Part shown: one piece after another, positions 37,723 through 47,507 of the stretch
Numbering within the stretch: position 1 is the first letter of the stretch
Layout of the letters: each line of letters opens with the position of its first letter
Assembly: GCA_049325535.1 (NCBI GenBank)
Contig: JBMOKY010000001.1
Span: 29,002-93,001 of the forward strand
Reading direction: 5' to 3'
From: Patescibacteria group bacterium
Lineage (GTDB): Bacteria > Patescibacteriota > Patescibacteriia > UBA10025 > JAHIVO01
Length of the DNA stretch: 64,000 nt
The notes under the pieces: model-generated
The model's database searches: none
What the model saw: only the letters and a program-made list of their open reading frames with translations
Told to the model about the DNA's origin: nothing
Position numbers and translations under genes: made by a program

Positions 37723-38273
37723 TGCGTGAAACGGAGCCGGAAAAATACGGGATCGTGCTGCTGCCTCCGCCTGACGTGCAGGATTGGCTGCAACAGTTGA
37801 ATATTATCGTGAATGCCGGTATGGCCCACCCCCCGCTGGTGCTAGGAAGCAATCATCTGCCCCACGTTTCCCTGGCGCATCTGTATGTGGCCGACCCGTT
37901 TGCTTTAGTTGAGCCGTTGACACGCCTACTGCAATCGACGCATCCCCTCGCCGTATCGCTATCCTCGCTGTCGGTCGATACCATCGGTCAACATACGTGG
38001 AGTTCGGTCGTGATCCAGGACACTCCGGTATTGCATCAATTGCATATCGATGTCATGAACACGGTGTTGCCGTTTGAAACGCGTCCGTCTCGCTATCGCG
38101 ACTCTTGTAGCTATGACAAATTTTGGCCGCATGTGACCGTAGGAGTGGATAGCATCCCGACTGATATGGAGTTTTCCTCCCGGCGGGTAATAATCGACCG
38201 GGTGGCGTTGGCACGCATGGGTAGGCCATATGCCACCTGTGATGCTATACTACGGGAGTGGACATTAATCTGA
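37722..38273 (+). CDS. 2H phosphoesterase (2'-5' RNA ligase-like) family protein
   Basis: Two HxS/T motifs: PHVSL and PHVTV. Confidence 0.8.
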   Translation: MRETEPEKYGIVLLPPPDVQDWLQQLNIIVNAGMAHPPLVLGSNHLPHVSLAHLYVADPFALVEPLTRLLQSTHPLAVSLSSLSVDTIGQHTWSSVVIQDTPVLHQLHIDVMNTVLPFETRPSRYRDSCSYDKFWPHVTVGVDSIPTDMEFSSRRVIIDRVALARMGRPYATCDAILREWTLI

Positions 38274-38280
38274 CATACCT

Positions 38281-38787
38281 ATGAAGATAGCGATTATTTC
38301 CGACACCCACGATAACTGGGCAAATATTGATAAAGTGCTGACTCATGTCAAAAAAGAAAAAGCCGACGCATTGATTCATTGCGGTGACGTCTGTGCGCCG
38401 ATCACGATGGTGCGTATCGCTGAAGGATTTGGCGGGCCTATACATCTCTGCATCGGCAATGTCGACGGTGACCCATTCCGCATGTTGCAAAAGGCTCACG
38501 ACGGGTCGGCTCCGAATGTGACTATCTATCCGGAAATTGGCGAGTTTGAGCTGGGAGGGAAAAAGTTTGCCATTAACCATTATCCTGACATCGCTTCCAA
38601 ATTAGCGAAATCAGGCGTATATGACATTGTGGTGTATGGGCATAACCATAAACCCTGGGAGGAGACGATTGGTCACACGCGACTAGTCAATCCAGGTAAT
38701 GTGGCGAATATGGTGTATGGGCCGACGTTTGCGTATTATGACACGAATGCCGATCAGCTTACCCTTATCCGGGTTGATGACCTATGA
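38281..38787 (+). CDS. YfcE-like metallophosphoesterase
   Basis: ISDTH, HCGD, GNVD, GHNH, NPG. Confidence 0.93.
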   Translation: MKIAIISDTHDNWANIDKVLTHVKKEKADALIHCGDVCAPITMVRIAEGFGGPIHLCIGNVDGDPFRMLQKAHDGSAPNVTIYPEIGEFELGGKKFAINHYPDIASKLAKSGVYDIVVYGHNHKPWEETIGHTRLVNPGNVANMVYGPTFAYYDTNADQLTLIRVDDL

Positions 38788-39557
38788 GTAGTTTTCGTAC
38801 CACCGCTGTCCGCGCCGCCCGATCGGCCGGTCATGAATTGATGCGCCATTTTCGCCATCTCACCACTCATCAGGTGAAAAAGAAGGGCCGCCATGATTTG
38901 GTCACCGAGGCGGATATGGCCGCGAACCGGGCTATCATTCGTACTATTCGGCGCCAATTTCCCGATCATGATTTCTTGAGTGAGGAGACCGGACTCGAGG
39001 ACAATCCTGGTGCATACCGTTGGACGATCGATCCGCTCGATGGCACGATGAATTTTGCTTTGCAATCCCCTCTTTTTTGCACTGCTATCGCCCTGCTGCA
39101 TGGGACCGAAATACGCCTCGGCGTGATTTATGCACCGTATATGAAGGAGCTGTATGTCGCCGAGGAAGGTAAAGGAGCCTGGTTAAACGGCATGCGGTTG
39201 CGGGTTTCCACTACTCGCGCGCTGTCTGATACATTGGTCCTCATCGGGCGGACGCACCGACGCCAGTCCCATGAAAATTTCGTGCGCCTGCAGCATCGGT
39301 TGGAGGATCGGGTATTCAACGTGCGCCGACTGGGGAGCGGATCTCTGGAGCTGGCCTATACGGCAGCAGGCCGGAGCGATGCCACCATCTTTACCCCTCC
39401 GGGCGTCAGTTTGTGGGATGCGCCGGCTGGGGTGCTGCTGGTACAGGAGGCGGGCGGTACGGTCACTGGATTTCATAATAAACCCTGGACGGCGCGCAGT
39501 ACCGGCCTCGTAGCTTCAAATGGCCACATTCACCGTTCATTGATTCGGGCACTGTGA
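38784..39557 (+). CDS. Inositol monophosphatase family (SuhB-like)
   Basis: VTEAD, SEE, IDPLDGT.NF, RRLGS, WD..AG.LLV.EAGG. Confidence 0.95.
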   Translation: MSSFRTTAVRAARSAGHELMRHFRHLTTHQVKKKGRHDLVTEADMAANRAIIRTIRRQFPDHDFLSEETGLEDNPGAYRWTIDPLDGTMNFALQSPLFCTAIALLHGTEIRLGVIYAPYMKELYVAEEGKGAWLNGMRLRVSTTRALSDTLVLIGRTHRRQSHENFVRLQHRLEDRVFNVRRLGSGSLELAYTAAGRSDATIFTPPGVSLWDAPAGVLLVQEAGGTVTGFHNKPWTARSTGLVASNGHIHRSLIRAL

Positions 39558-39961
39558 TGCGGCTGATCACGATTTCGGGTACCGTCATATCCGGAGAACA
39601 GATTGGCGAACGCCAGGGGTATCCCACGGCAAATTTTAGCCGTCATGTATTGCGGCGGTCGGGCTTAGGCAATGGTATCTATATTGCCAGCATTACTATT
39701 GGTACCCGGTGGTATCGTGCCGTGGCGGTCATTGGAGTGCCTGGGGTACGCGTGCAGCGGCGGGGAAAAGTTGAGCTGTATATCATTGATTACCCGCGAC
39801 GGGAGCTCTATGGTCGACGGCTGCAATTCGTGGTGTATAAAAAAATTCGTCCGATTCGCCGGTATCGCCAATCGGCCGACCTGATGGCGCGTATTCGGGC
39901 GGATATCCGAGCGGCACGAAAATTTCACTATCCCTCACGCGCTACTCGGGGAAATATTTGA
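39557..39961 (+). CDS. Stand-alone riboflavin kinase domain
   Basis: G.V..G..IG...GYPTAN, GIY, E..I.D, LYG, KIR. Confidence 0.85.
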   Translation: MRLITISGTVISGEQIGERQGYPTANFSRHVLRRSGLGNGIYIASITIGTRWYRAVAVIGVPGVRVQRRGKVELYIIDYPRRELYGRRLQFVVYKKIRPIRRYRQSADLMARIRADIRAARKFHYPSRATRGNI

Positions 39962-42281
39962 TCGGCCACTGTCGAAAGTCGCTGACGTACTGCAGGTCGC
40001 TGATTTTTATTTTTCCGATGTAGAGCTTCTTAAGCGTATCTTCCCCTTGCTCTTTGACCAGGCGCTCTATGATTTGGTTACCGGTAAAATAAACCGCATC
40101 TTTCGTAAATGCTCCGGGGACTCCGGTATCACTGAGCCCTCGCTTTACCCGCACACAGGTACGCCAGGCGCGATCGGGGGCAAGGCCGTAGACATCGACC
40201 ATCTGGTGGTAGAGATCGACGAAGGAGAGCTGCATGCCGAGATAAATGGCAATCACATTGTGCGCTGGTGTAAAAAATTTATCACCCAGGCTGACATGCA
40301 GCCGGTTTTGGTTGTAGATTGCCAGTCCTTCCTCAATCGTCAGATAGCCGGCAGTACCCTGTTCGAAAATGCGGTATTTCTGGAGCCGGCCGTTTTCCAG
40401 CCGGAAGATATGCGTCTCCACTTCATGGGCAATCAGGGCCTTGAGGCGGTTGATGCTAATGCGAGCGTTTTTATCGACGATGATGGTATTATTTTTTGTA
40501 ACCTGCATCCCAGCCGTGGCATCGGGTGATAGTTTAATTTTCCATTTGGTCAGTTTTTTTTCTAGCAAGTAGTTTTCCACCCGTTTGATGACGTCCTCAA
40601 TTTTCAGTATCTTACTGGAGTCAGCGACCATCGGTGTCTGTTTGACGAAGGTGAGCGCATCGCGGTATTGGCGCTCAGTCACCGTACCATACACCGCAGC
40701 AGAGCGTGTGGTCAGATCAGTTTCATCTACTCCTTCAGCAAGCTTCAGTTTATTGGTAATTTCGGTGATTTTATCCAGAAATAGCGGCATCAGCGGGTGA
40801 TCCACCTGGCGAGGGATCTTTTTCAGTTCGGTGCGCAGTGCCGCGAGCTGGTCGGTCGGTACGGTGTAGTTGAATTGCGGCGATACCGTCGGATGTTCCA
40901 TGAATCGCCGGTACTCTTCCTCGGTATTGGTTGGTTTGATTCGGGCTAGCAAATGAATCTGTTCATTGATCCGAGCCAGCCGCTGGTCAATGTTATAGAT
41001 AATTTTTTCAGCGATTGGCGTTGAGGCGCCTGGTGTGACGTTTGGTTTAGCGGCGGTTTGCCGCGTTGCATCGATCAGGAATTCCGTCAGAAATTTTCCC
41101 GACAGGATGAGCTGGTGTTTGGCATGTTCGATGGGCGCCTGGCGGAACGGCAGGCGAAGTTTTTTATCCTTAATACTGATATTCAGCAGTTTGGTATCGG
41201 GCGGAACCGCTATAGTTGATGACAGGACATTATGTTCGCTATGGGGGTCGATTTTCGCGCTGAGTGTGGTGATCCCGGGCAGATTGAGGACGTGGATTAA
41301 TTCATATAAACCGACGATTGGTTTGCTGGCCGGTTTGCTCGTTACTGGATTTTTTTCGGCAAGCACGCGGGTAAAAAGTGTCTGGCCGAGGCGCACTCCC
41401 TCACTGGGAGAGGCAACCTTGAGGTCCGCCACTTTTTCCAGGCGTTTGCGAAGCAGCGCTTGGTTTGATATTTGGATAGCCAATCCGGCTCGCGCATTCA
41501 GCTCCAATATTTTGATACCGGCGTTGGTCAGGGCAAGGTCAACGGCCAGATAGCCGATCTGGGTGTAGTACTGGGTTTTAGCCGCCGTCTGTAGGATCTC
41601 CTGCCATTGGGGCATGATAATTTTACGCACCAGATCACCGCCGGGTAGTTTGCGAATAAGCCGGTTTCCCTGGACGCCATAGGTCCCCCGCCCAGTCCCC
41701 AGGTCGATGCCCACGCCGATAGCTCCGAGGTGGAGGTTTGCTTTGCCGCTGGAGGCCGGGGTGGGAAGCCGGAGCATGGCGATGACCGGAACGTATTTGA
41801 ATATAATCACTCGAATATCCGGCAGCCCGGTCGAGCCGAGTGAGCGGAAATAATCGTGCGGTTCCAGTAATTCCTCAAAAAGAACCGTGTCGCCCAAACC
41901 GGAAATCGCATAGCGGCCGTCGAGGATGCTCAGGCTGTGCTCGTATAAATCAGCCCAGCGGTACTCTTTGCCGCCGGCGTCGGTATAGGTACCGTTCTTG
42001 GTATCCTGAACGGCGATGATGCCTTCGCCGCCGTATCCTTTGTTTGGTTTGATGACGAACCGCCGCGGTAGCCGGTCTGGTTTGAATGCGTGCAGCTCAG
42101 CGGAGCTGGAGATCTGGGCAAATAATTTTGCGACGCCGATCCCCCGCGCGTGGAGGAATCGCTTGGTATATAATTTGTCATCGGCAAGACGGCGGTTTTT
42201 TCGGGAATTGAAACGGGATACGTAGAGAAGGTTGCGGGCATTGATGCCCAATATTCCCGATACTTTGGCAAATACAGACAT
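39942..42281 (-). CDS. Fusion of alpha-L-glutamate-ligase-like ATP-grasp, degenerate aspartic-protease-like domain and DUF1704 (MATCAP-like) HExxxH peptidase
   Basis: LGINARN, DDKL.TK, FVIKP..G.GG.GI, DIRVI, AMLRLPT..S.GKANLH.G, LELNAR.GL.IQ; AKIDP; AHEVETH, EEGLA, R.KRG, FTKD.VY. Confidence 0.88.
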   Translation of the reverse strand: MSVFAKVSGILGINARNLLYVSRFNSRKNRRLADDKLYTKRFLHARGIGVAKLFAQISSSAELHAFKPDRLPRRFVIKPNKGYGGEGIIAVQDTKNGTYTDAGGKEYRWADLYEHSLSILDGRYAISGLGDTVLFEELLEPHDYFRSLGSTGLPDIRVIIFKYVPVIAMLRLPTPASSGKANLHLGAIGVGIDLGTGRGTYGVQGNRLIRKLPGGDLVRKIIMPQWQEILQTAAKTQYYTQIGYLAVDLALTNAGIKILELNARAGLAIQISNQALLRKRLEKVADLKVASPSEGVRLGQTLFTRVLAEKNPVTSKPASKPIVGLYELIHVLNLPGITTLSAKIDPHSEHNVLSSTIAVPPDTKLLNISIKDKKLRLPFRQAPIEHAKHQLILSGKFLTEFLIDATRQTAAKPNVTPGASTPIAEKIIYNIDQRLARINEQIHLLARIKPTNTEEEYRRFMEHPTVSPQFNYTVPTDQLAALRTELKKIPRQVDHPLMPLFLDKITEITNKLKLAEGVDETDLTTRSAAVYGTVTERQYRDALTFVKQTPMVADSSKILKIEDVIKRVENYLLEKKLTKWKIKLSPDATAGMQVTKNNTIIVDKNARISINRLKALIAHEVETHIFRLENGRLQKYRIFEQGTAGYLTIEEGLAIYNQNRLHVSLGDKFFTPAHNVIAIYLGMQLSFVDLYHQMVDVYGLAPDRAWRTCVRVKRGLSDTGVPGAFTKDAVYFTGNQIIERLVKEQGEDTLKKLYIGKIKISDLQYVSDFRQWPIKYFPE

Positions 42282-42290
42282 ACGGTAGGG

Positions 42291-43847
42291 TTATTCCTCT
42301 TCTTCGATATCTTTTTCTTTAAATAGACTACGGAATCGTGCGTATTCCGTCCATCGCAAACCAGTGAATTTACCCAGCAGCACCATGCCAGCTAGTGGCA
42401 CGATAATCAATTCTGGCCATGATAGTACCAGATTGGTAAATGAGTCCCAGACGACGACGTAATAAGCACCAATGGATACCACCACCGTGGTAAACACTCC
42501 AAACAGCGCGGCACGGAGACCCTCTTCAGATTGGGCGGAAAGGAATTTGTCGGACATGGTGGACATCACCAGCATGGGAAAAATCGCCAGGGAAGCAGCC
42601 AGGGAGATACGGTAGAGCGACAGGATCCAAATCACCGCCAGAAATGATAAGCCGATGCTGGAGAGGATCAGGCTGGTTTTCGGGATGTAGAGCAGTCGGA
42701 ACCGGTTGAGCGCCAGCCGCAGGATGTAGCTGACAGCCACGACCACGATCAGCGTGCCGAGACCGACATAGATGCCTAGGATGAGGAATGATAGGGCAAT
42801 AACCAACGGCGTATAGATACCAAATGCGGTTATGCCGATGACTTGGCGCGCGAAGGTAATCAGAAAAGCAATAAATGGAACGGCGAGTATCAGATAAATC
42901 GTATTGGTGGGGATGCCCCGGGCGATGAAATTGGTGATAGCGTGTGACAGGAAAAAAACGTTTGATTTTTCACTGCGAGCATCGACGATGCGGTATTCGA
43001 TGGCGCGGCCCTCTAGGCTTGGCACCAGTTCCGTATTGTCTTTGGTTTCAAAAATGGGATTCAGTGCCTCGGGTCGGGTGAGAAGGATGAACGTCGGATT
43101 GATTACCCGGAATGACTGCTGTGCCAGATCCGCGGCGATGGACATGTTTTGTTCGGTGATGACAACTAGGAGTTTGCTTTGCAGGTTTATTTTTTTGCCC
43201 GTGTCCAGATTTTGCCAGTATCGCGTAAAAGACTGGAGTCCGGCAGCGGCATTGGTATAGAACAAGAGTCCATCCGCTTCGCGAATGAAATCCGCTTCCT
43301 GCGCGACCAGCGGCAGCAATTTTTCTTCGGTCAGGAAACCAGTGTCACCAGTTGGGGCAGTGAGGATTTTTAAGTACACTCCATTATTTGCCGCTTGTTC
43401 GACGATAGCATCCAGGTCCTGGACGATTTCCTGATCGGCAATCATCAGCAGTTTCGTGTCAAAGACAAATACTTCTTTTTCGCTGGTAACCACGGCGCCC
43501 CCCTGGGTGATGGTGAGTGTCACTTTATGGATGCCGGTGGCCGTGAATTCGTAGAGCAATTCCTGCCCAAATCGGGCTACCGGGCTGTCGGAAAAATCCC
43601 AACGGTATGATGCCTGTTCGTCGGTGGCCAGCTGGGAGTCGGTCGCGTCGAACAGCGCTTTTTTCCCGAATTCGATATAGTTATCCGAGGTAATTCGCGG
43701 GACGATCGTTCCCGGTTCAGCCGTCGGCTCTTCATTGGTGGGCGCGGGTGTGGTAATCGGAGTAATTTCTTCGGATTGCGCGTGCGTGTCCGACGCCGTG
43801 ATGGTCAGGCAGGTGAGGAGAATGCCGATAAGGAGTATTTTTTTCAT
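42291..43847 (-). CDS. Secreted PKD-domain + 7TM (transglutaminase-associated 7TM) membrane protein
   Basis: Signal peptide, FDATDS..Y.WDF..G.H.VTLT (PKD), RQVIG..AFGIYTP, FPM, G.FTGLR..EY.RF; ATGA-coupled to upstream gene. Confidence 0.85.
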   Translation of the reverse strand: MKKILLIGILLTCLTITASDTHAQSEEITPITTPAPTNEEPTAEPGTIVPRITSDNYIEFGKKALFDATDSQLATDEQASYRWDFSDSPVARFGQELLYEFTATGIHKVTLTITQGGAVVTSEKEVFVFDTKLLMIADQEIVQDLDAIVEQAANNGVYLKILTAPTGDTGFLTEEKLLPLVAQEADFIREADGLLFYTNAAAGLQSFTRYWQNLDTGKKINLQSKLLVVITEQNMSIAADLAQQSFRVINPTFILLTRPEALNPIFETKDNTELVPSLEGRAIEYRIVDARSEKSNVFFLSHAITNFIARGIPTNTIYLILAVPFIAFLITFARQVIGITAFGIYTPLVIALSFLILGIYVGLGTLIVVVAVSYILRLALNRFRLLYIPKTSLILSSIGLSFLAVIWILSLYRISLAASLAIFPMLVMSTMSDKFLSAQSEEGLRAALFGVFTTVVVSIGAYYVVVWDSFTNLVLSWPELIIVPLAGMVLLGKFTGLRWTEYARFRSLFKEKDIEEEE

Positions 43848-44782
43848 ACTGCGTTTATGAATGTTTTGATGAGTCCGTGGTGAAATTCGCGGTAATGCAT
43901 ACACCAATGTTTGTATGGTAATCCCGGTTCGGGGTTTATTTCAAAAATATACGGCTTCCCCCGTTCAAATCCCATGTCGACGGCATAGATGCGGTTGCCA
44001 TACCGCTTCAGCCGGTTATCGATGCTGTGTACTAGCTGTTTGGCGCGTCGGGGGATGCGGGCAAGCGGTACTTGCCGGGCACGGGCGCCCTGGGCGACAT
44101 TGGCCACCATGAGGTGGGCGGGCGGGATACGGATAAACGATTGAACGATTGTGCCATCCATGACGGTGACGCGGAGGTCGTGACGTCCCCGATAGAGTCC
44201 TGGAATGCCGCCAGTCGTATCCACAAAGGTCTGTATCAGCCCGGGAAATTCCTTCACGGTACGCCGTATTTTTTCAGCACTGCCAATGATTACTCCGGTA
44301 CCGCCGGTACCATGAAGCGGTTTGTACACTATTTGATCGGTCGCTACCTTAGCGATTGCCGCCCTGAGTTGTTTTTTGTTCAGCACGCGGTAGGTCGGTT
44401 TCATGTAGCGATGGAAGGCCCGGTAGGTACCGTATTTATCATAGGTCAGCTGATAGAGCTTCCAGGGATTGACGACTGCCCAATCACGTCCGCCATTGCT
44501 CCGGAGTCGGTTTTTATTGTACACCACGCGGGCCGCGATGGGGCCATGATGCCCGACTAATGTACCGGTTTGGTAATGATAACCTCCTGAAAAGTTACCG
44601 TTGCCAATGTGGCGCTCCGCGCCGCGGACGTAGTAGACGGAAAAATGGGCTGATGCGGTTTTGAAAAAATCGAAATACGATTCTCTCCAGTGCGGTACGG
44701 TAAATGGATAGGAGCGAACCGTCCCGGATGGATGCAGAACGACGAGATTTGGTTTTCCATCGGTGAAGCGAGATGTATTCAT
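43844..44782 (-). CDS. ATP-grasp fold protein (RimK/YheCD-like)
   Basis: DKY.TY, VYKP.HG.GG.GV, LIQ.FVD, DLRV, ANVAQG, VDMG, FEIN..PG. Confidence 0.85.
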   Translation of the reverse strand: MNTSRFTDGKPNLVVLHPSGTVRSYPFTVPHWRESYFDFFKTASAHFSVYYVRGAERHIGNGNFSGGYHYQTGTLVGHHGPIAARVVYNKNRLRSNGGRDWAVVNPWKLYQLTYDKYGTYRAFHRYMKPTYRVLNKKQLRAAIAKVATDQIVYKPLHGTGGTGVIIGSAEKIRRTVKEFPGLIQTFVDTTGGIPGLYRGRHDLRVTVMDGTIVQSFIRIPPAHLMVANVAQGARARQVPLARIPRRAKQLVHSIDNRLKRYGNRIYAVDMGFERGKPYIFEINPEPGLPYKHWCMHYREFHHGLIKTFINAV

Positions 44783-44808
44783 CGGCCTCGGGTCAAAGAC
44801 AAGAGTGA

Positions 44809-44895
44809 TGGTGCCGCCGGTCGGACTCGAACCGACACGGGATTGCTCCCAAAGGATTTTAAGTCCTTCGTGTATACCAATTTCACCACGGCGGC
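44809..44895 (-). tRNA. tRNA-Leu(TAA), CCA encoded
   Basis: Cloverleaf with variable arm, anticodon loop CTTAAAA. Confidence 0.96.
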
Positions 44896-44905
44896 ATGAA
44901 ACTTA

Positions 44906-45364
44906 TTATGGCTTGATACTGTGAAAGAGGACGATGCCGGCAGCAATGCCGACGTTTAAGGATTCCTTCTTTCCGTGCATCGGTATTTCGATAATCTGAT
45001 CGCAGATATTGAGCAGTCGCTTGGGCAGTCCCGTTATTTCAGCGCCGAGCACATAGGCTCGTTTGCGTTTCAATCGGACCGAGGAGTATGGTTTGCTCAT
45101 GGATGACTGTTCAAGCGCCACCAGCTGGTAGCCAGTGGCTTTGAGGGCATCAAGCGCTCGTTTGGTCTGATGGCAATAGGTGAAGGTCACTGTTTTTTCC
45201 GCGCCGAGGGCAACTTTGTCAATTTTCGGGTGCGGCGGTTGTGGGGTAATACCGCAAAGAATAATCCGTTTGACCCCGGCCGCATCTGCGGTACGAAAAA
45301 TAGCGCCTACATTGAAACGGCTACGGATGTTATAGAGGACCAATACGATGTCATGTTCAGGCAT
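44906..45364 (-). CDS. TrmH/SpoU family RNA 2'-O-methyltransferase
   Basis: NIRS.FNVGAIFRTADA, LGAE..GL, EIPM.G.KESLNV. Confidence 0.94.
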   Translation of the reverse strand: MPEHDIVLVLYNIRSRFNVGAIFRTADAAGVKRIILCGITPQPPHPKIDKVALGAEKTVTFTYCHQTKRALDALKATGYQLVALEQSSMSKPYSSVRLKRKRAYVLGAEITGLPKRLLNICDQIIEIPMHGKKESLNVGIAAGIVLFHSIKP

Positions 45365-45381
45365 GGAAACGGATGATGGGC

Positions 45382-45458
45382 TGGAGCGGCAGACCGGACT
45401 TGAACCGGCGACCTTCTCCTTGGCAAGGAGACGTTCTAGCCAACTGAACTACTGCCGC
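45382..45458 (-). tRNA. tRNA-Gly(GCC), CCA encoded
   Basis: Cloverleaf, anticodon loop TTGCCAA. Confidence 0.96.
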
Positions 45459-45727
45459 GTGATTGTCGAAAACCCCTTTTGAAAGTGGTTTTGGATACTT
45501 TCCGCAAAGATTTGTATCGTTCACCCGACATAAAGTCGAGGTTCACGATGCTTCATTATTTTCCTCACCTGCCCATGGGCAGGTTCGGAGCAATGATGAG
45601 AGTAAAAGCGCACCGTACCGAAGTGGAGGCCACGGGCGTCCCGTCCTTCGACAAGCTCATGACGGAATCTCCGCTGCGCTCCGAGAATCGAATCTCGCTT
45701 GGATTGTATTTCTCATAATTTTTCCTA

Positions 45728-45799
<72 letters not shown>

Positions 45800-46091
45800 A
45801 AGTAGGAAAAATTATGAGAAATCGAGCTCTCAATGAACTCGGCCAAAAATTGGATGTGAAATGGCGACTATCTGGACCCCACCCCGTCGCATGACGGGGA
45901 CTCCGTGGCCTCGTGAGGCTGATTCATCGAAAAAAGTGCATTCATGATCTATGAAATGCAAGCTGAATAGTACCAAAAAGGGTGTTAAAAATCAATAGGA
46001 GACCAATATAGTTCACCATTGTCCTAAACCCCGAAAAAATTTAAGGAAAGAGTCCTGCTCGGTATATTCAGGAGTATTCTGGTTGAGAACG

Positions 46092-46120
46092 CAAAAACCC
46101 GGATATTGCCGGGTTTTTTG
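46092..46120. terminator. Intrinsic terminator
   Basis: caaaaacccgg-atattg-ccgggttttttg. Confidence 0.75.
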
Positions 46121-46126
46121 TGCTGA

Positions 46127-46633
46127 TTATAGAATTTCTATAGTGGTATACCTGACGCCCCATTGCAGCGCCGCTTCTCGGCTGGTCATCCAGATATCAG
46201 CTTTGTGCCAGTAGCGGGCAGCCATGCGATCCTCGACGATAAATATCTTGTCGCCGAAGTAGTCGGGAAATCGGACTTTGGTGCCGATGGGCAGAAAATT
46301 GGCGGCGATAGTACCGTCGTGCACCCGTGTGCCCGATGCGGTGATAAAAGGATCGCCGCTTGTCTGATCGGGCGTCGAGGAATAGGCGGTGACGCTGATG
46401 CGCATGATTCGTTTTGCTTCAGGGCGTGGTTTGTCCGGGTTCTGGGGCAGCCGAGCTGACTCCGCCGGGGCGGAAATGGTGTCATTATTTTGACTTTGAT
46501 CCGTGGCTAGCGGGACTTCAATAGAAGCAGCGGCAACCGACTGGGGAAATGAAAATTGCCAGAAAAGTACGAATGCCATGATGGCGATGATATGCTTTGC
46601 TTTTGCAGTACGTATGTACCTGCGACCAATCAT
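46127..46633 (-). CDS. 3D-domain (MltA-like) secreted protein
   Basis: VTAYSS..DQT..DPFITASG, AANFLP.GT, VEDR, DIW. Confidence 0.92.
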   Translation of the reverse strand: MIGRRYIRTAKAKHIIAIMAFVLFWQFSFPQSVAAASIEVPLATDQSQNNDTISAPAESARLPQNPDKPRPEAKRIMRISVTAYSSTPDQTSGDPFITASGTRVHDGTIAANFLPIGTKVRFPDYFGDKIFIVEDRMAARYWHKADIWMTSREAALQWGVRYTTIEIL

Positions 46634-46802
46634 AGAGATCGGTTAATGAATTAGATAGGCTAATATTAGCTAAAATAAGCAACTATCAGGGTATAATGGT
46701 GCTAACATTAGCTCTTTTTATCTACCAAAAAACACCCTACTACAGGGTGCATGTTTTGGAGTCAACCACCTTAGCATAGGCGGTTTTTTCGGTCAAGCCC
46801 TC

Positions 46803-47492
46803 TTAGCGGATGCCGACTTTTTTTATCATGGTATGCAATTGGTCGCGAAGAACGGCAAATTCTTGATCTGTGTAGGTGTGTTTGCCGAGAAAAGCGCTGT
46901 CATTTGCCTTGGTGGGGATGAATTTTTGTAAATAGTATTGATTTGCTCCTTTGATGGTATCGCCGATCCTCAGGATATCCTCTGGCGAGAGCTGTTCGCG
47001 GACGATGGTTGTGCGGAATTCATACGGAATGCCCGATTTCATCAGCAGTTCGATGCTCCTTTTGATGTCGTCTCGATTGACTGGCATATTGGTTATTTCT
47101 TGATATCGATCAAGCGGACCTTTGATATCCATAGCCAGATAATTGACGAGTTTTTCCTGGATGATCTGTTCCAGCATGGTGGGATTGGTACCCTGAGAGT
47201 CGAGTTTAATTTTGAAGCCTACATCCTTGATTTTCCTGATAAATTCAGGCAAATCCGCATGGATCGTGGGTTCGCCGCCGGTTATGACCACCGCTTGGAG
47301 TTTTCCTCGGCGGGAACGAAGGAAGTCAAGCACTTCTTCTTCCGGAATAGGTGCGGGGAATTGATCGGGTTGCACCAGCTCGGGATTGTGGCAGAATCCG
47401 CAACGAAAATTACACCCGGTGGTGAACACGATGGCGCTCACCAAACCGGGGTAATCAATCATGCTGAATTTTTGCAGCCCGCCGATCCGCAT
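46803..47492 (-). CDS. nrdG: Anaerobic ribonucleotide reductase activating radical SAM protein
   Basis: S.IDYPG, CNFRCGFCHN, TGGEPT; directly downstream of nrdD. Confidence 0.93.
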   Translation of the reverse strand: MRIGGLQKFSMIDYPGLVSAIVFTTGCNFRCGFCHNPELVQPDQFPAPIPEEEVLDFLRSRRGKLQAVVITGGEPTIHADLPEFIRKIKDVGFKIKLDSQGTNPTMLEQIIQEKLVNYLAMDIKGPLDRYQEITNMPVNRDDIKRSIELLMKSGIPYEFRTTIVREQLSPEDILRIGDTIKGANQYYLQKFIPTKANDSAFLGKHTYTDQEFAVLRDQLHTMIKKVGIR

Positions 47493-47507
47493 AGGGTTCG
47501 TGGCGAT

